Positions 12,425 through 31,413 are shown, counted from the stretch's first letter. The stretch: 64,000 bases of DNA from Eledone cirrhosa (GCA_964016885.1 OZ024762.1:806001-870000); one strand, 5' to 3'. Notes: generated by a model not told the origin, from the sequence alone. Numbers and translations are program-made.

Positions 12425-15400
12425 GGGTGGTGGATTGGCAATAATTGGTAGAGCGTTGAACGTCATGCTTCGCGACGTAGAGTTGTGGCCCTTTACGTTC
12501 TGAGTTCAAATCCCACTAAGGTTAGCTTTACTTTTCATCCTTACAGGATTGATAACAAAGTATCTGTAATGAACTGGGGTCGATTTAATTGACTTTTCCC
12601 TCTCCCCAAAATTACAGTAACATACTGGGGTCCCTTCCCCCGAAAATTGCTGACCTTGTGCCTAAATCAGAAACCATTATTATTATTATCTAACCTTTGT
12701 TCATAATACATTGCTGCTGTTGTTTTTAACATTTTTCAAACAATTTTACTGATAAATTATGGCTGTTGGACACCATATGTCTCTTTCTCTCATGCTTATG
12801 TTCTATTTTAGTTATCTCCCCTAACACAAGACACACTCCCTCTCTCCTTCCACCCAGGCCTATGTTCCATTTTAGTTATCTCCCCTAACGCAAGTCAGAC
12901 GTCCGTTATACAAATTATAGTAGAAATAATTATTTAAGGGCGGTGGATTGACAGTAAATCGGTAGAGCGTCAGATAGCGTGCTTTGCAGCATTGGGTTCA
13001 AATCCTGCTTAGGTTAGCTTTACCTTTCATCCTTACAGGGTCGATAAAGTACCAGTATCATACTGGGGTCGATTTAATAAACTTTCCCCTCTCCACCAAA
13101 AAATTGTTGGTCTTTTCCCTAAATCAAACAATTATTATTATTTAAGGGCGGTGAATTGGCAGTATCGGTAGAGGTCAACTTTGCCTTTCATCCTTACGGG
13201 GTCGATAAAATAAAGGACCAGTAATGTACTGGGTAATTGCTGGCCTTGTGCCTAAAGTAGAATCAATTATTATCTAGCAGTAGGGATCAGAAGGAACATT
13301 TAATGTCATTAAATCTCGAAAGAACGTGTTGGCTTTTTTTTCCTGTTTTCTAATAAATTTTTAGTTCTTGAATGGGTGACTGATGAATGTATACATACAC
13401 ATAGGTATATATGTGTATGGATGTATATATATAGGTATATATGTGTGTATGTATATATACACATACATGTATATATATATATATACACACATACATACAA
13501 ATACATGTATGTATATATATATCTGTATATATGCGTATGTGTTAGGTCATGTTAATATAGCAGGGAATAATAATAATAATAAAAAAATATTTTTTTTTTA
13601 TATTGCTTTTTCTTTGTTTTGTTTGTCTGTTTTTTGTTAATTTTTTTTATATTGTAATAAATTTATAAATTTAATTTAATTTTTTGTGTTCTTACAATTT
13701 AGTGTAACATTAAGAAGCTAAGTATGATTTTAAAATTTTAGGGATTATTTTAGAAATATTTTTCTTAGTCTTCCAAATTCCTGGTTAAAAAAAAAAAAAA
13801 AAAAAAAGATGCAAGTGTCGCAGGTATGGCTGAGGTGTTAAGAAGTTTGCCTTATAACTGCATGGTTCGGAGTTGAATTCATCAGCATGGTATATGTGTG
13901 TGTGTTTGTGGATGTGTTGGCAAAGGATGTAATCACCAGCAGGAAAACCGGAAAAAAAATATCTTTGCTGTTTTTGTTTTTTTTTGTATTTTTTTTACAA
14001 AGTCTTTTGTGATGTTTGTTCTGCCCTGAGTTACAGGTACTCCCCTGTCAATTTTAATGTTAGATTAATTGCTGACCTTTCCTCTCTCCTCTCATATACA
14101 ATAATATAAGCAATTAAGAGCCTAACCATGCCCATCTCTCCTCTCTTTTGAATTACTCAGGTTAACTTGGGTTTTTTTGTTTTGTTTTTTGTAATCAGGA
14201 CAGTAGAGCATCATAGAAAATACTTTGTGTCAGTGTTTGTTCTGGCTTTTATTTAAACATCTCGAGTTCGAATCCTGCTGAGGCCAACTTTACCTTTCAC
14301 CCTTCCAAAGGTCAGCCACTGTAATAAAAGTACCAGTGAAATACTGGGGATTAATGAAATCAACAGTTTCTCTCTTCCGTTGGCCTTGTGCATAAATTAG
14401 AAAACATTATTATTATATATTATTACCAGTAATACACTGGGATCGATTTAATCAACTTTCTCCTCCCTCAAAATTGCTGGCCTTGTGCCTATGGTAGAAA
14501 TCATTATTATTATTATACCAGTAATACACTGGGATAATTCCTGGCCTTGTGCCAAAAGTAGAAACAATTATTATTATTTTTATTTCCAATGAGTAATTAT
14601 TAATTTTGAAGATTTATTTTTTATGGTTTGCGTGATTTGAAGAAACACCCGAACACCCGAGCCCTTCTCCAGCCACACTATTGTGGCCTCTCTCTCTCTC
14701 TAAGTTAATTTCTCCTCCCTCCCCTCCCCCCCCCCCCCCCCCAAACCCATCCCCCGGGCCTCCTCCATTAATGTGTGCCCATATTCATCATGTATATATT
14801 TTCATCTTCTCTCTGGTTTGGGGTGGGTGGCGATCTGGACATATTGAACAAATTTTAACAAAAGTGCAAATTTTTAAACCCCCATCCCACCCCTTCCATC
14901 TTGATTTTGTGGCTGGGAGTGGGGGGAAGGGTATAAATAAGGAAGCATATACCATTTATAATTTTAATTTAAACATAAAAAAACAAAAATGAACGAAAAT
15001 TTGATAAATTTAATTAATATTCGTAGGAAAATGAGAACACTTGGTGTAAGGAAGATGTTAAAACAGTAAAATATCGTCGAAACAAGGCTGGATAAGACAT
15101 TACCTGGAAGGATAGAAATTAGTGATTAGAAGAAAGGAATGAAATTGATGAGAGGGGATCACAAACAGTTAAACCATTGAAACCACAGGTGGTCTAAAAC
15201 CTGATGAGTGTATTTAAATGTTTGTGATTTCCACTCATCAGTTTTATTTCTGTCCTTCAAGGTATGTTTTACCCAACATCACTTCAACAGCATTTTATTG
15301 TTTTAACAGCTTCCTTATGCCAAGTTTTCCCATTTTTCTACGAATTCTGATACACTCGTGCTTCAAACTCGATGTCCGAGCTAATTTTGTTTATAATTAA

Positions 15401-16125
15401 TTAATAATTAGTTGCCATTTTTTTTTTTTTTTATTAATGAGCCGTGCTCTTGTAGGGTTTCCGTGTGAGCAGCCAGGGATTCAATATGAAACTAACAATG
15501 CAAATTCATTTTTATTTCTCACAAAAGTCTTATGTTATAATAATAATAATAATACACAACGTCGCCTGGAGTTGTCATTATTGGGGAGGGAGGAGGGATA
15601 GGGGGTGGGGGTGGCTTTCAAAGCAGTGTTTGTATAGTGCCTCAGATCAATATTTCTTTTGACAAAGGTGACCCAACCTGAAGACACTCTGCCGACATTT
15701 GACACAAAAAGAAAACGAAAATTTAAAAAAAAACTAATAAAAACCGAAGAAATTAAAAACCCCCCAAAAAATAACAAAAAACAAAAGAAAGCTAGAAAAG
15801 TTGTGTTATGAGAGACTTTGAGAAATAAAACTTGTCAAAATAGAAATTCAATTTAGTCCTGTTTTCTCTCCATTTGGAAACCATTATTTAATGTGCTGAG
15901 GGCGGTGGATTGGTAGAATCAGTAGAGTGTTGGACAAAATGCTTTGCAAGTATTTCATTACGGCCCTTTTATATGTTCTGAGTTTCAAATCCCGCCGAGG
16001 TTAGCTTTGCCTTTCATCCTTACGCGGTCGATAAAATAAAGTACCAGTAACACGCTGGGGTCGATTTAATTGACTTTCCCCTCTCTTCTGAAATCTGTTG
16101 GCCTTGTGCCTAAATCAGAAACCGT
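12425..16125 (+). mobile_element. Cluster of tRNA-derived SINEs (Meta-like core)
   Basis: ggcggtggattggcag..gagttcaaatccc..gcctttcatccttacggggtcgataaaataaagtaccag..gccttgtgcctaa..(att)n at about 12425, 12938, 13147, 14200, 14425, 14516 and 15900. Other copies at 293(-), 26205, 27105, 45395(-), 46865(-), 52095(-), 59650. Confidence 0.85.
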
Positions 16126-18169
16126 TTATTTAATCTCATTGTCCACCACAATAAAACGATGTTATGTAAACAGCCAACCATTTTGACCCTGGTTTCCATT
16201 GGTACCCATCTCTTCAGCGGACACAGCAAATTAATGTTTAGCTGTGTTAAATATAGCTAACATGTTTTTACCTTTACAGAAAAGCAGCTTATTTTCAATT
16301 TAACATTGTTTTATCATTATTATTATTATTATTATAATTTGTGTCCCTGTGGCAAATATTTTTTTTTTTATTATTATTATTTGACCCCCAGCCGCTTCTC
16401 CGCCCCAACATTTTGTGTCCTGGCAAACAATTTTGAAAAATTATTATTATTATTACATAGATATTTTTCGTTTTTTTTCTTTCTTTCACCCCCTCCCCAC
16501 TGGCTAATCCAATCAAATCAGACTAATTACCATATCGATTGTATTCTAAACATTCCCCCCACTCCCTCTCCCCTTCATTTCCACTCAGCCATCCACCACC
16601 ACTTCCTCCTCCTCCATCTCTTCCTCATTATCTTCCTCTCTTTAAATATTCTCCTGCAAAATAAAAATTTATATATAATAAAATTTAAAAAAAAACAACA
16701 AAACCAACTTTGTCTTGTGTTAAATCTTGACACGGACAAGTTATCGGACAATACTCGGACACAAACACACACCTAAAAATTACTCAGACACAAAAACACA
16801 AACACACAAAAAATTACTCGGACACTAATATACCAACACAAACACACCAAAAAATACTCGGACACTAATATACCAACACAAATACACACACAAAATTACT
16901 CGTACACTAATATACCAACACAAATACACACTCAAAATTACTCGGACACTAATATACCAACACAAATACACACACAAAATTACTCGGACACTAATATACC
17001 AACACCAAACAAAAGAAAAAAAAAAGAGGAAGAATCACAACTCCATCTTCAGAGATGCAGATTATTCACTAATTCTAGCTGAACTTTTTAAACACTTATG
17101 AAAACACGTGTGCAAAATAGAACGAACACTTTGATGTGTTGTGCAAATTTATTTTGATATCATGAGAAGAAAATTGAAAAAAAAAAATATTGAAAAGATT
17201 TCAGTGGTTGGTCTTGATGGCCACATATTTTTATTTATTTATTTTTTGGCCCCTTCCCCTCTTTGCCTCCTCCCTTTTCCATCCTTTCTTCCTTTCTTTC
17301 TCTCTTCCTTCCTTCTGCCAAATGACAGGAAGCCTTGATCTCTCAAGGAATATGGATGAATGCCTCATTGAGTGTTTTAAATAGAAATCTAGGTGTTCTC
17401 AACTTAAGGAACTGGTTTCACGATTCATTCAGTGTGTTATATATATATATATGTATATATATATATGCACCTGTCTGTGTCATATATATATGTGTGTACA
17501 TAGATGCATATATATACACACATGCTTATATACATTTTATAACACATGTGTCTGTGTTATATATATAAATAAATATATATATACATGTGTATCTGTGATC
17601 TATACACAGACTCAGGTGTGTGTTGTGTTATTTATATACACGTGTGTATATGTTGTGTATACACACCACATGTGGGTGTCTCATATACACACCACATGTG
17701 TGTCTCATACACACGTGTGTGTGTCTCAGACATTTGTTTTTCTCATGTACACAGACGTGTGTGTGTGTCACATCGACACAGACGTGTGTGTGTCACATCT
17801 ACACATGACATGGTGTAAATTCATTTTTTTTTTTTTTTTCCAATCAAATTATTTATGAGTTTTGACATTTCTTCCACGAAGATGTCGACAGAAATATTTG
17901 AAACATGTTCAGAATAATCGTAGAAAAAAGACTTTGAATAAAATATGTGAAAAAAAACAAACAAACTCTTATTAGACTTGTAAAATAATTATATATATAT
18001 ATATACCTATAATACATATATAATAATATATATATTTTATAATATGTATATATATTATGATATATATAATGTATATATATTATGTGCTGTAATTATGTAT
18101 AATAATATATATATTTTATAAAATATATATATATATATTATATGCTGTAACTAATTATATATATATATA

Positions 18170-18210
<41 letters not shown>

Positions 18211-18320
18211 GTCGAAGTATGACCTAGTTTTCATCAGTGATGGCCATATTGTTTTTATTGAATTTCATATATATAATATATATATATAATTTTTTTTAGT
18301 TTATTGTATATATATGTATG

Positions 18321-18357
<37 letters not shown>

Positions 18358-18459
18358 TCAAATGCTGACTGCTTTTGGTGTTTAAAAATAAAACTGAACC
18401 ACTCCACAAACAGAAACTGTGCCTGTAGCATGCAAAAAACTGCTTTGTCAAATTTATTA

Positions 18460-19010
18460 TTGGATGTATAAAACTGTTATGTTGGGTGTATAAAACTGTT
18501 ATGTTGGGTGTATAAAACTGTTATGTTGGGTGTATAAAACTGTTATGTTGGGTGTATAAAACTGTTATGTTGGGTGTATAAAACTGTTATGTAGTGTGTA
18601 TAAAACTTATGTTGGGTGTATAAAACTGTTATGTTGGGTGTATAAAACTGTTATGTTGGGTGTATAAAACTGTTATGTTGGGTGTATAAAACTGTTATGT
18701 AGTGTGTATAAAACTGTTATGTTGGGTGTATAAAACTGTTATGTAGTGTGTATAAAACTTATGTTGGGTGTATAAAACTGTTATGTTGGGTGTATAAAAC
18801 TGTTATGTAGTGTGTATAAAACTTATGTTGGGTGTATAAAACTGTTATGTAGTGTGTATAAAACTTATGTTGGGTGTATAAAACTGTTATGTAGTGTGTA
18901 TAAAACTTATGTTGGGTGTATAAAACTGTTATGTAGTGTGTATAAAACTTATGTTGGGTGTATAAAACTGTTATGTAGTGTGTATAAAACTTATGTTGGA
19001 TGTATAAAAT
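18460..19010. repeat. 19/22-bp minisatellite
   Basis: tgtataaaactgttatgttggg variants. Confidence 0.95.
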
Positions 19011-19219
19011 GTCAGCTGTTTCCCATCATTCCCCAACCAACTCAACTCCACACTACACTACACTTTACACACTACACACTACACTCTACACACTACACTC
19101 TACACACTACACTCTACACACTACTCAACACTCCACTCTCACTGTTGCATGTTTATTGTTGCAGCTTTGATATTTCTTCTTAGAACCAGATAAAAAATTA
19201 ATTGGGGCTGGGCTGCTGT

Positions 19220-23490
<4,271 letters not shown>

Positions 23491-23680
23491 TTATGTATAT
23501 TATGGTTTTGAGAATTATAAAAATTATGATTTTATAAAATAAACCTAAATCCTTGTGGTCACCTCCGGGTCAACCATTTCATGCCATTGTAGAAATAATA
23601 TATTTTGGCAGACTTTCAATAAACTTATCAACTGGAATAATGTTTGTTGTTAGTCATTACAGCATTTCTTCTTCACTTTG

Positions 23681-25540
23681 TTCCTGTGGTGAGGTCTTCT
23701 TTGGTACATCCCTCCCTCTCTCTCCATTCCTGTGAAGGGGTGTGGTCTTCTTTGGTACATCCCTCCCTCCATTCCTGTGAAGGGGTGTGGTCTTCTTTGG
23801 TACATCCCTCCCTCTCTCCATTCCTGTGAAGGGGTGTGGTCTTCTTTGGTACATCCCTCCCTCTCTCTCCATTCCTGTGAAGGGGTGTGGTCTTCTTTGG
23901 TACATCCCTCCCTCTCTCTCCATTCCTGTGAAGGGGTGTGGTCTTCTTTGGTACATCCCTCCCTCTCTCTCCATTTCTGTGAAGGGGTGTGGTCTTCTTT
24001 GGTACATCACTCCCTCTCTCCATTCCTGTGAAGGGGTGTGGTCTTCTTTGGTACATCCCTCCCTCTCTCCATTCCTGTGAAGGGGTGTGGTCTTCTTTGG
24101 TACATACCTCCCTTTCTCTCCATTCCTGTGAAGGGGTGTGGTCTTCTTTGGTACATCCCTCCCTCTCTCTCCATTCCTGTGAAGGGGTGTGGTCTTCTTT
24201 GGTACATCCCTCCTTTTCTCTCCATTCCTGTGAAGGGGTGTGGTCTTCTTTGGTACATCCCTCCCTCTCTCTCCATTCCTGTGAAGGGGTGTGGTCTTCT
24301 TTGGTACATCCCTCTCTCTCCATTCCTGTGAAGCGGTGTGGTCTTCTTTGGTACATCCCTCCCTCTCTCTCCATTCCTGTGAAGGGGTGTGGTCTTCTTT
24401 GGTACATCCCTCCCTCTCTCTCCATTCCTGTGAAGCGGTGTGGTCTTCTTTGGTACATCCCTCCCTCTCTCTCCATTCCTGTGAAGGGGTGTGGTCTTCT
24501 TTGGTACATCCCTCCCTCTCTCTCCATTCCTGTGAAGCGGTGTGGTCTTCTTTGGTACATCCTCCCTCTCTCTCCATTCCTGTGAAGGGGTGTGGTCTTC
24601 TTTGGTACATCCCTCCCTCTCTCTCCATTCCTGTGAAGCGGTGTGGTCTTCTTTGGTACATCCCTCCCTCTCTCTCCATTCCTGTGAAGGGGTGTGGTCT
24701 TCTTTGGTACATCCCTCCCTCTCTCTCCATTCCTGTGAAGCGGTGTGGTCTTCTTTGGTACATCCCTCCCTCTCTCTCCATTCCTGTGAAGGGGTGTGGT
24801 CTTCTTTGGTACATCCCTCCCTCTCTCTCCATTCCTGTGAAGCGGTGTGGTCTTCTTTGGTACATCCTCCCTCTCTCTCCATTCCTGTGAAGGGGTGTGG
24901 TCTTCTTTGGTACATCCCTCCCTCTCTCTCCATTCCTGTGAAGCGGTGTGGTCTTCTTTGGTACATCCCTCCCTCTCTCTCCATTCCTGTGAAGGGGTGT
25001 GGTCTTCTTTGGTACATCCCTCCCTCTCTCCATTCCTGTGAAGAGGTGTGGTCTTCTTTGGTACATCCCTCCTTCTCTCTCTCATTGCACTCCTGTGCAG
25101 GGGTGTGGCCTAGTCCTTACATCACTTCTTGGAATTGTTCCTGTGAAGAGGTGTGGCCTTGTTTGTACCTCTCACCACCTCTTTCTATCTCTCCACTTCT
25201 GTGAAGGGGTGTGACTGAGTTGGTACATCCCAGCTCTGCCCTCCTGTGAAGGGGTGTGACTTAGTTGGTACATCCCAGCTCTGCCCTCCTGTGAAGGGGT
25301 GTGACTTAGTTGGTACATCCCAGCTCTGCCCTCCTGTGGAGAGGTGTGGCCTAGTTGGTACATCCCAGCTCCTCCCTCCCCTCCGTGAAGAGGTGTGGCC
25401 TAGTTGGTACATCCCAGCTCCTCCCTCTCCACTACTGTGAATTGAATCAAAGCCATGTGTCCTAGTCCTTACATCCCTCCCTCTTGTGACTGGGCATGGC
25501 CTATTTGGTACATCCCTTCTCTCTCCACTCCTGTAAAGAG
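23681..25540. repeat. 51-bp minisatellite with a diverged 3' edge
   Basis: cattcctgtgaaggggtgtggtcttctttggtacatccctccctctctctc. Confidence 0.97.
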
Positions 25541-28119
25541 GCATGGCCCAGTGAGTGGGTAGGGGGAGGAATTGTGTGTACCAGCAACAGCAGCAGCTGA
25601 AGGGTTAAAGTTGTGATGATGGACTAGGGTCCTATCCAGGGAGGGAGCCATGTGGCTTAATTCTTCATGAAACCAGTGGAGTAAGATGATAAGCTCTTGC
25701 CTGGTGAGCCTTTTAATGGCTAGAATAAGGGCTTTAACCCTTTACCATTTACATTACTCTATATTTACTATTGTATCTTCACAGTAAAGGCTTTATTTCA
25801 CATATCAAATTTATGAGATTTTGATATTGTTTATTTTGAGAACAATACCTTAACACCAGTATGAGCAGCCGGTTTGAATACAAAGAGGTGAGAGAATTCT
25901 GGCCAGCTTAAATGCTAAAGAGTTAACTTAACATCAGAATATCCCGACCCTCACCCTAACCTACACCTCACCCTAACCTACACCTCACCCCACAGGAAAT
26001 TTAGTTGCAGGTTCTGTTGTTGTTTTTTTCAAGTTTATTGAAAGTCAACTAAAAATTAAATTTGTGAAGAAGAAGAGTTTTCCTGAAGAACTTCATTTGT
26101 TCCTGTCTCGAAGACTGACAACTTGGAAGGAATATTTTACAGTCAGAACATCTAATGGCTGATACTTAGCAAACTCTGTTTTATATCAGTTATTATAGTT
26201 TCCATGAAGCTGGAGAATTATCAGAGTTGTTAGAACGTCAGAATGTTTCTTGGTATTTCTTCAGGCTCTCTCTTCTATCTGAGTTCAAATTCTGTCGAGG
26301 TTAACTTTGCCCTTCATCCTTTTGAGGTTGATAAAAAAAAGTACCAGTCTAGTACGGTCGATTCTTCCCCTCTCTCTCTCTCATCATCATCGTTTAACGT
26401 CCATCTTCCACGCTTGCATGGATATATATATATATATATATATTTAATAGAAAAAACAAGGAAGTTTAGTTTATATAGGAAACATTTATTGCGTATCGAC
26501 CTGTTATGCGTGTTTCACAGAGGATTGGCTGAAGGTGACATAGGTTTATGGACCTGACTCCAGTATTGATCTGCTCCTCAATCATAACAGGTCGATACAC
26601 AATAAATATTTTTTATATGTAAATGAAACTTGCTTGTTTTTTTTCTATTATATACACTCTGCCTGTGTATATATTTGGTACCAACACCAGTATTTCACAG
26701 TACTACCTACACTAAATATATATATATATATATATATATATAAAGGTAAAAAAAACCAAAAAACCCCAGTCCACACTGTAATGTGGTTGGTGTTAGGAAG
26801 GGCATCCAGCCGTAGAAAACCTGCCAGACAGTCCTATATGATTGAGACACAGTCACCCAACCAATCTTGCCTCAAATGGGACAATTCCTGTCTAACCCAT
26901 GCTAGCATGGAAGATAAATGTTAAACTGTCTCTCTCCTCTGGAAGAAATCTACTGTACTCAGACCTGGAGAGAGGAGCTGGGCTCCACCAGACTTGAAAT
27001 GCCCAAGAAACACTGTATGTCAATACAGGGTCTCTATGATCCCCTCAGAAGATACAGGAAGAAAATAAATAAAAATTATTTCCATCATTAACAGAAATGT
27101 TAGGGTACCAGTAAAATACTGGGGTCAACTTAAAAATTGTTGGTTTTCTGCCGAGATCAGAAACCATTCTTCGCAAATTCGCTAGAGTACCAGTAATTCA
27201 CTGAGGTCGATTTAATCGACTTTCCCCTCCCCCAAAATTGCTGGCCTTGTGCCTAAAATAGAAATCATTATTTTTATATAATTTTTTTGTCCAATTTAAC
27301 TGTTTTAGATAATTAAGAGAATTAATTCAAGTGATTTAACGAACTCAACAGTCTTGATTTTGTATTTCTTTTCTTTGAAATAAATATAAAAAATATGAAA
27401 AAACAAACAACAAAGAATCTGGCTTTATTTTGGTTTCATTATTATTATTATAGTTTAGATTATTAGTATTAAGGGTAATCAGTGGGACGTCGGACACCCA
27501 GTACACTCTGTAAAGTGGTAGTGTTGGTGTCATGATAAAATACACCCAGTACACTCTGTAATGTGGTTGTGTTGGTGTCATGATATAATACACCCAGTAC
27601 ACTCAGTAAAGTTGTTAGGAAGGGCATCCAGTCATTTAAACAATGTCAACATGGAATTTAGTATGAAATAAACTCCTGAAACCAGCCAAGTCGTATTGTT
27701 CTATATATTTATCACTACGATGTGTATTTGGCTGCTGTTTCTAGCAGTCCACGCAATGACATAGAGGTGTCCTCGTTCTCAATCGAAAGTCCGCAAATAG
27801 TTTTTTTCGTTAACTATTTACAATTCATTATATATTTTTCTGTTTTATTAAACAATATTTTAATTTCATTTTTTTAAAAATCAATAATTTATATATTCTT
27901 ATGAAATACCGTCAGTTGACCATTTCTTAAGTTATCGTTGAGCGTTAAATTATTATAATAAACGATTAAAAACTATATTTTATAATAAATATTTCTCTTT
28001 TATTAAAATATTAAAGTATATTTTAATTCAATTTAAAAAAAGAAACAATATTTTCTACATTCTTCTAAAATATCGTCAGTCAACCGTTTCTGAAGTTATC
28101 GTCTGCCATTAACTCAGTA

Positions 28120-28189
28120 ATGGACGACATGAAGACAAATCTTCCGACCAAACTTAGCAAAGATTCTCTCTCCATTACTACACAATGTG
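28120..28189 (+). CDS. CCDC73: CCDC73-like coiled-coil protein, probable exon 1
   Basis: ATG MDDMKTNLPTKLSKDSLSITTQC(G)|gtcagt; phase 1 matches the next exon. Confidence 0.6.
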
Positions 28190-28270
28190 GTCAGTGAATT
28201 TCATTGAATTTCGTTTTTATTGTCGTGTACCTTCGATAAACATTTATTAAATTTGTTACACACACACACA

Positions 28271-28315
<45 letters not shown>

Positions 28316-28428
28316 GTCCAGCCAAAATGTCTACACACTTTGATTACTTATACAGACAATATTTATTAGAATACTGTTGAAATATGTATATATTTTGGGG
28401 GGACACACCGTATATATATCTCTCTCTC

Positions 28429-28461
<33 letters not shown>

Positions 28462-28553
28462 GTGTATGTATTATATATATATTAACATAAAGGTATTTCG
28501 TAATTATTTTTACTATCTGAGGGATGTCACACCAACACAGGTTGTTGTGTATG

Positions 28554-28593
<40 letters not shown>

Positions 28594-28723
28594 TGTAATG
28601 GTATATATATACATACATGTGTGTATGTATATATATATATACATACATGTGTGTGTATATATATATACATATACATGTGTGTGTATATATATATATACAT
28701 GTGTGTATATATATACACACATG

Positions 28724-28776
<53 letters not shown>

Positions 28777-29125
28777 CATACACAACAACCTGTGTTGGTG
28801 TGACATCCCTCAGATAGTAAAAATAATTACGAAATACCTTTATGTTAATATAATATATACATACGTGTGTGTATATATATATATATATATACACATACAT
28901 GTGTGTGTGTGTATATATATATATACGTACATGTGTGTGTGTATATATATATACATACATGTGTGTGTATATATATATATACATGTGTGTGTATATATAT
29001 ATATATACATACATGTGTATGTATATATATATACATACATGTGTGTGTATATAAATACATACATGTGTGTGTATATATATATATACATACATGTGTGTAT
29101 ATATATATATACATACATACATACA

Positions 29126-29162
<37 letters not shown>

Positions 29163-29168
<6 letters not shown>

Positions 29169-30123
29169 TGACGATCTGGTTCTTATAATAGAATCAGTAG
29201 AGGAGCTAGAGAACTGTTGCTATGGAAACAGCAGTTGGACTCAAGAGAACTGAGAGTGAACCTAGCTAAGACAAAAGTGTTGATGAGTAGAAAAGAGGAC
29301 AAAACCCTGATTCCGTCAGGGAAATGGCCATGTTCGATATGTGGGAAAGGAACTGGCATAAATTCTATAAAATGTACACAATGCAGATCTTGGGTACACA
29401 AGAGATGTAGCGGGATAGCAGGCAAACTAACAGGGAGAAATATGTATGCATTAGATGTATGTACAGGGAAATTAGACAGTAGAAGTCGCACTGATAGACA
29501 CATTTTTCAAACGCGAGAGGGCGCTATAGAAGTGGTGGATAGCTTCCGGTACCTAGGTGATCAGATTAGCAGGGGGGGGGGGGGTTCTGAGGCCATAGTA
29601 TCTAGAATAAGGACGGGTTGGAAGAAGTTGAGGGAGCTGCTTCCTCTGCTGATGAAGAAGGGTTTCTCCCTGCGTACGATATGATGCCTGTGTGAGGAGC
29701 GCGATGCTGCATGGTAGTGAGACATGGGCAGCAACTGCAGAGGATATGCATGGCTGGAGAGAAATGAGGCAAACATGGTCCGTTGGATGTGCAATGTCAA
29801 TGTGCATGAAAGATCAAGTATGGACAAGTTGAGGGTAAAACTGTATAAGAGGGATAAATTGTAGTGTGCGGGAGAGGAGACTGCGATGGTATGGACATGT
29901 GATGTACATGGAGGATGACTGCTGGGTGAGGAGGTAACAAAAAATCCCAGTAGAAGGAAGACCACGAAAAACATGGACGGAGGTGGTGAGAGCTGACCTC
30001 AGATCACTGAAGCTCACAGAGGAGATGACAAGGGACAATGGCAAATGGAGAGATGCTGTACTGAAGAGAACCTGTCCCACCCTTGCAAGCAGGGAAAAGT
30101 GGACGTAAAATGACGATGATGAT
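29163..30123 (+). mobile_element. 5'-truncated, frameshifted RTE-clade LINE
   Basis: YADD; WPCSICGKG..C..WVHKRCSG; FRYLGD; RIRTGWKK; GRPRKTW; (GAT)n tail. 3'-end copies at 43497-43632 and 47362-47610. Confidence 0.88.
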
Positions 30124-30310
30124 GTTAAGTATTTCCGTAGAAAAGGTAAAGGAAATAAGAGTGCTCTATGTATAGTACAGAGCTATTTAATTATATAATA
30201 AACAACACAGTATAATTATTCTATTACCAAAGGTTTCAGGAAACTTGATGATTCTTGCAGAAACATCTAGTTCATTCAACAGACAAAACAATTGTTTTGT
30301 CTTGGAAAGT

Positions 30311-30720
30311 ACAAAACAACACTATCACTCCATCATACAAAACAACACTATTACTCCATCATACAAAACAACACTATTACTCCATCATACAAAACAACAC
30401 TATCACTCCATCATCCAAAACAACACTATCACTCCATCATACAAAACAACACTATCACTCCATCATATAAAACAACACTATCACTCCATCATACAAAACA
30501 ACACTATCACTCCATCATACAAAACAACACTATCACTCCATCATACAAAACAACACTATCACTCCATCATACAAAACAACACTATCACTCCATCATACAA
30601 AACAACACTATCACTCCATCATACAAAACAACACTATCACTCCATCATACAAAACAACACTATCACTCCATCATACAAAACAACACTATCACTCCATCAT
30701 CCAAAACACTATTACTCCAT
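30311..30720. repeat. 26-bp minisatellite
   Basis: acaaaacaacactatcactccatcat. Confidence 0.95.
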
Positions 30721-30830
30721 CCAATTAAAGATTTGAATTAATTTACCTGTTTCCAGATATTTTCTGACAAATCATTGTTGGATATTAAGAGTGAATAAAC
30801 TACACAGGTGAAAATAAATTTGTGTTTCAG

Positions 30831-30964
30831 GTGAGAGATTAATGAATGAGGAACGGCAAATGTTATGTCTCTCAGAAGACAAGACAGGTGTATTTAATAC
30901 CAGTAATTATATGAGCATGCAACACACGTTACTGGAGATTGTGGAAGAATTGAAAGTTAGAAGG
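30831..30964 (+). CDS. CCDC73: CCDC73-like exon 2
   Basis: tttcag|..ERLMNEERQ..QHTLLEIVEELKVRR|gtaagt; resembles recalled human CCDC73 LLEALEELRMRR. Confidence 0.85.
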
Positions 30965-31341
30965 GTAAGTTGGAGGAACAAAATATATTTATTTAATCAT
31001 CATCATCGACATCATTGTCATCATCAACACCATCATCACTATCACCATGACTTTACAGAGTGTACTGGGTGTATAGCATGATAACACCACTACTACCACT
31101 TTACAGAGTGTACTGGGTGTATTTTATCATGATACCAGCACTAGAGAGGTTGTCATATACATGGTAAGACAGAACAGTCCTCTCTCTGTCCCATTAATCC
31201 TCTCTTACTAGAGAGGTTGTCATATACATGGTAAGACAGAACAGTCCTCTCTCTGTCCCATTAATCCTCTCTATCCTTTAAATATTTCTGTTTTCCTATT
31301 TTTAGTTGATGAAAAAAAAATCTTTAGATTTTCCTTTTCAG

Positions 31342-31413
31342 AAAAATGACTTTGAAAATGAAGAAAGGATTCAAGATTTGAGAAAAACCAATCTAGAACT
31401 GACCAAGAACTAT
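31342..31413 (+). CDS. CCDC73: CCDC73-like exon 3
   Basis: ttttcag|KNDFENEERIQDLRKTNLELTKNY|gtatgt; 72 nt. Confidence 0.85.

Noticed and set aside
12425-12520. tRNA-like A/B boxes
   Set aside because: Heads of SINEs; no cloverleaf, and followed by the SINE core and tail.
23657-25204. Repetitive 200-470 aa ORFs and a CRISPR-like appearance
   Set aside because: A head-to-tail 51-bp minisatellite without unique spacers, in eukaryotic context with no cas genes.
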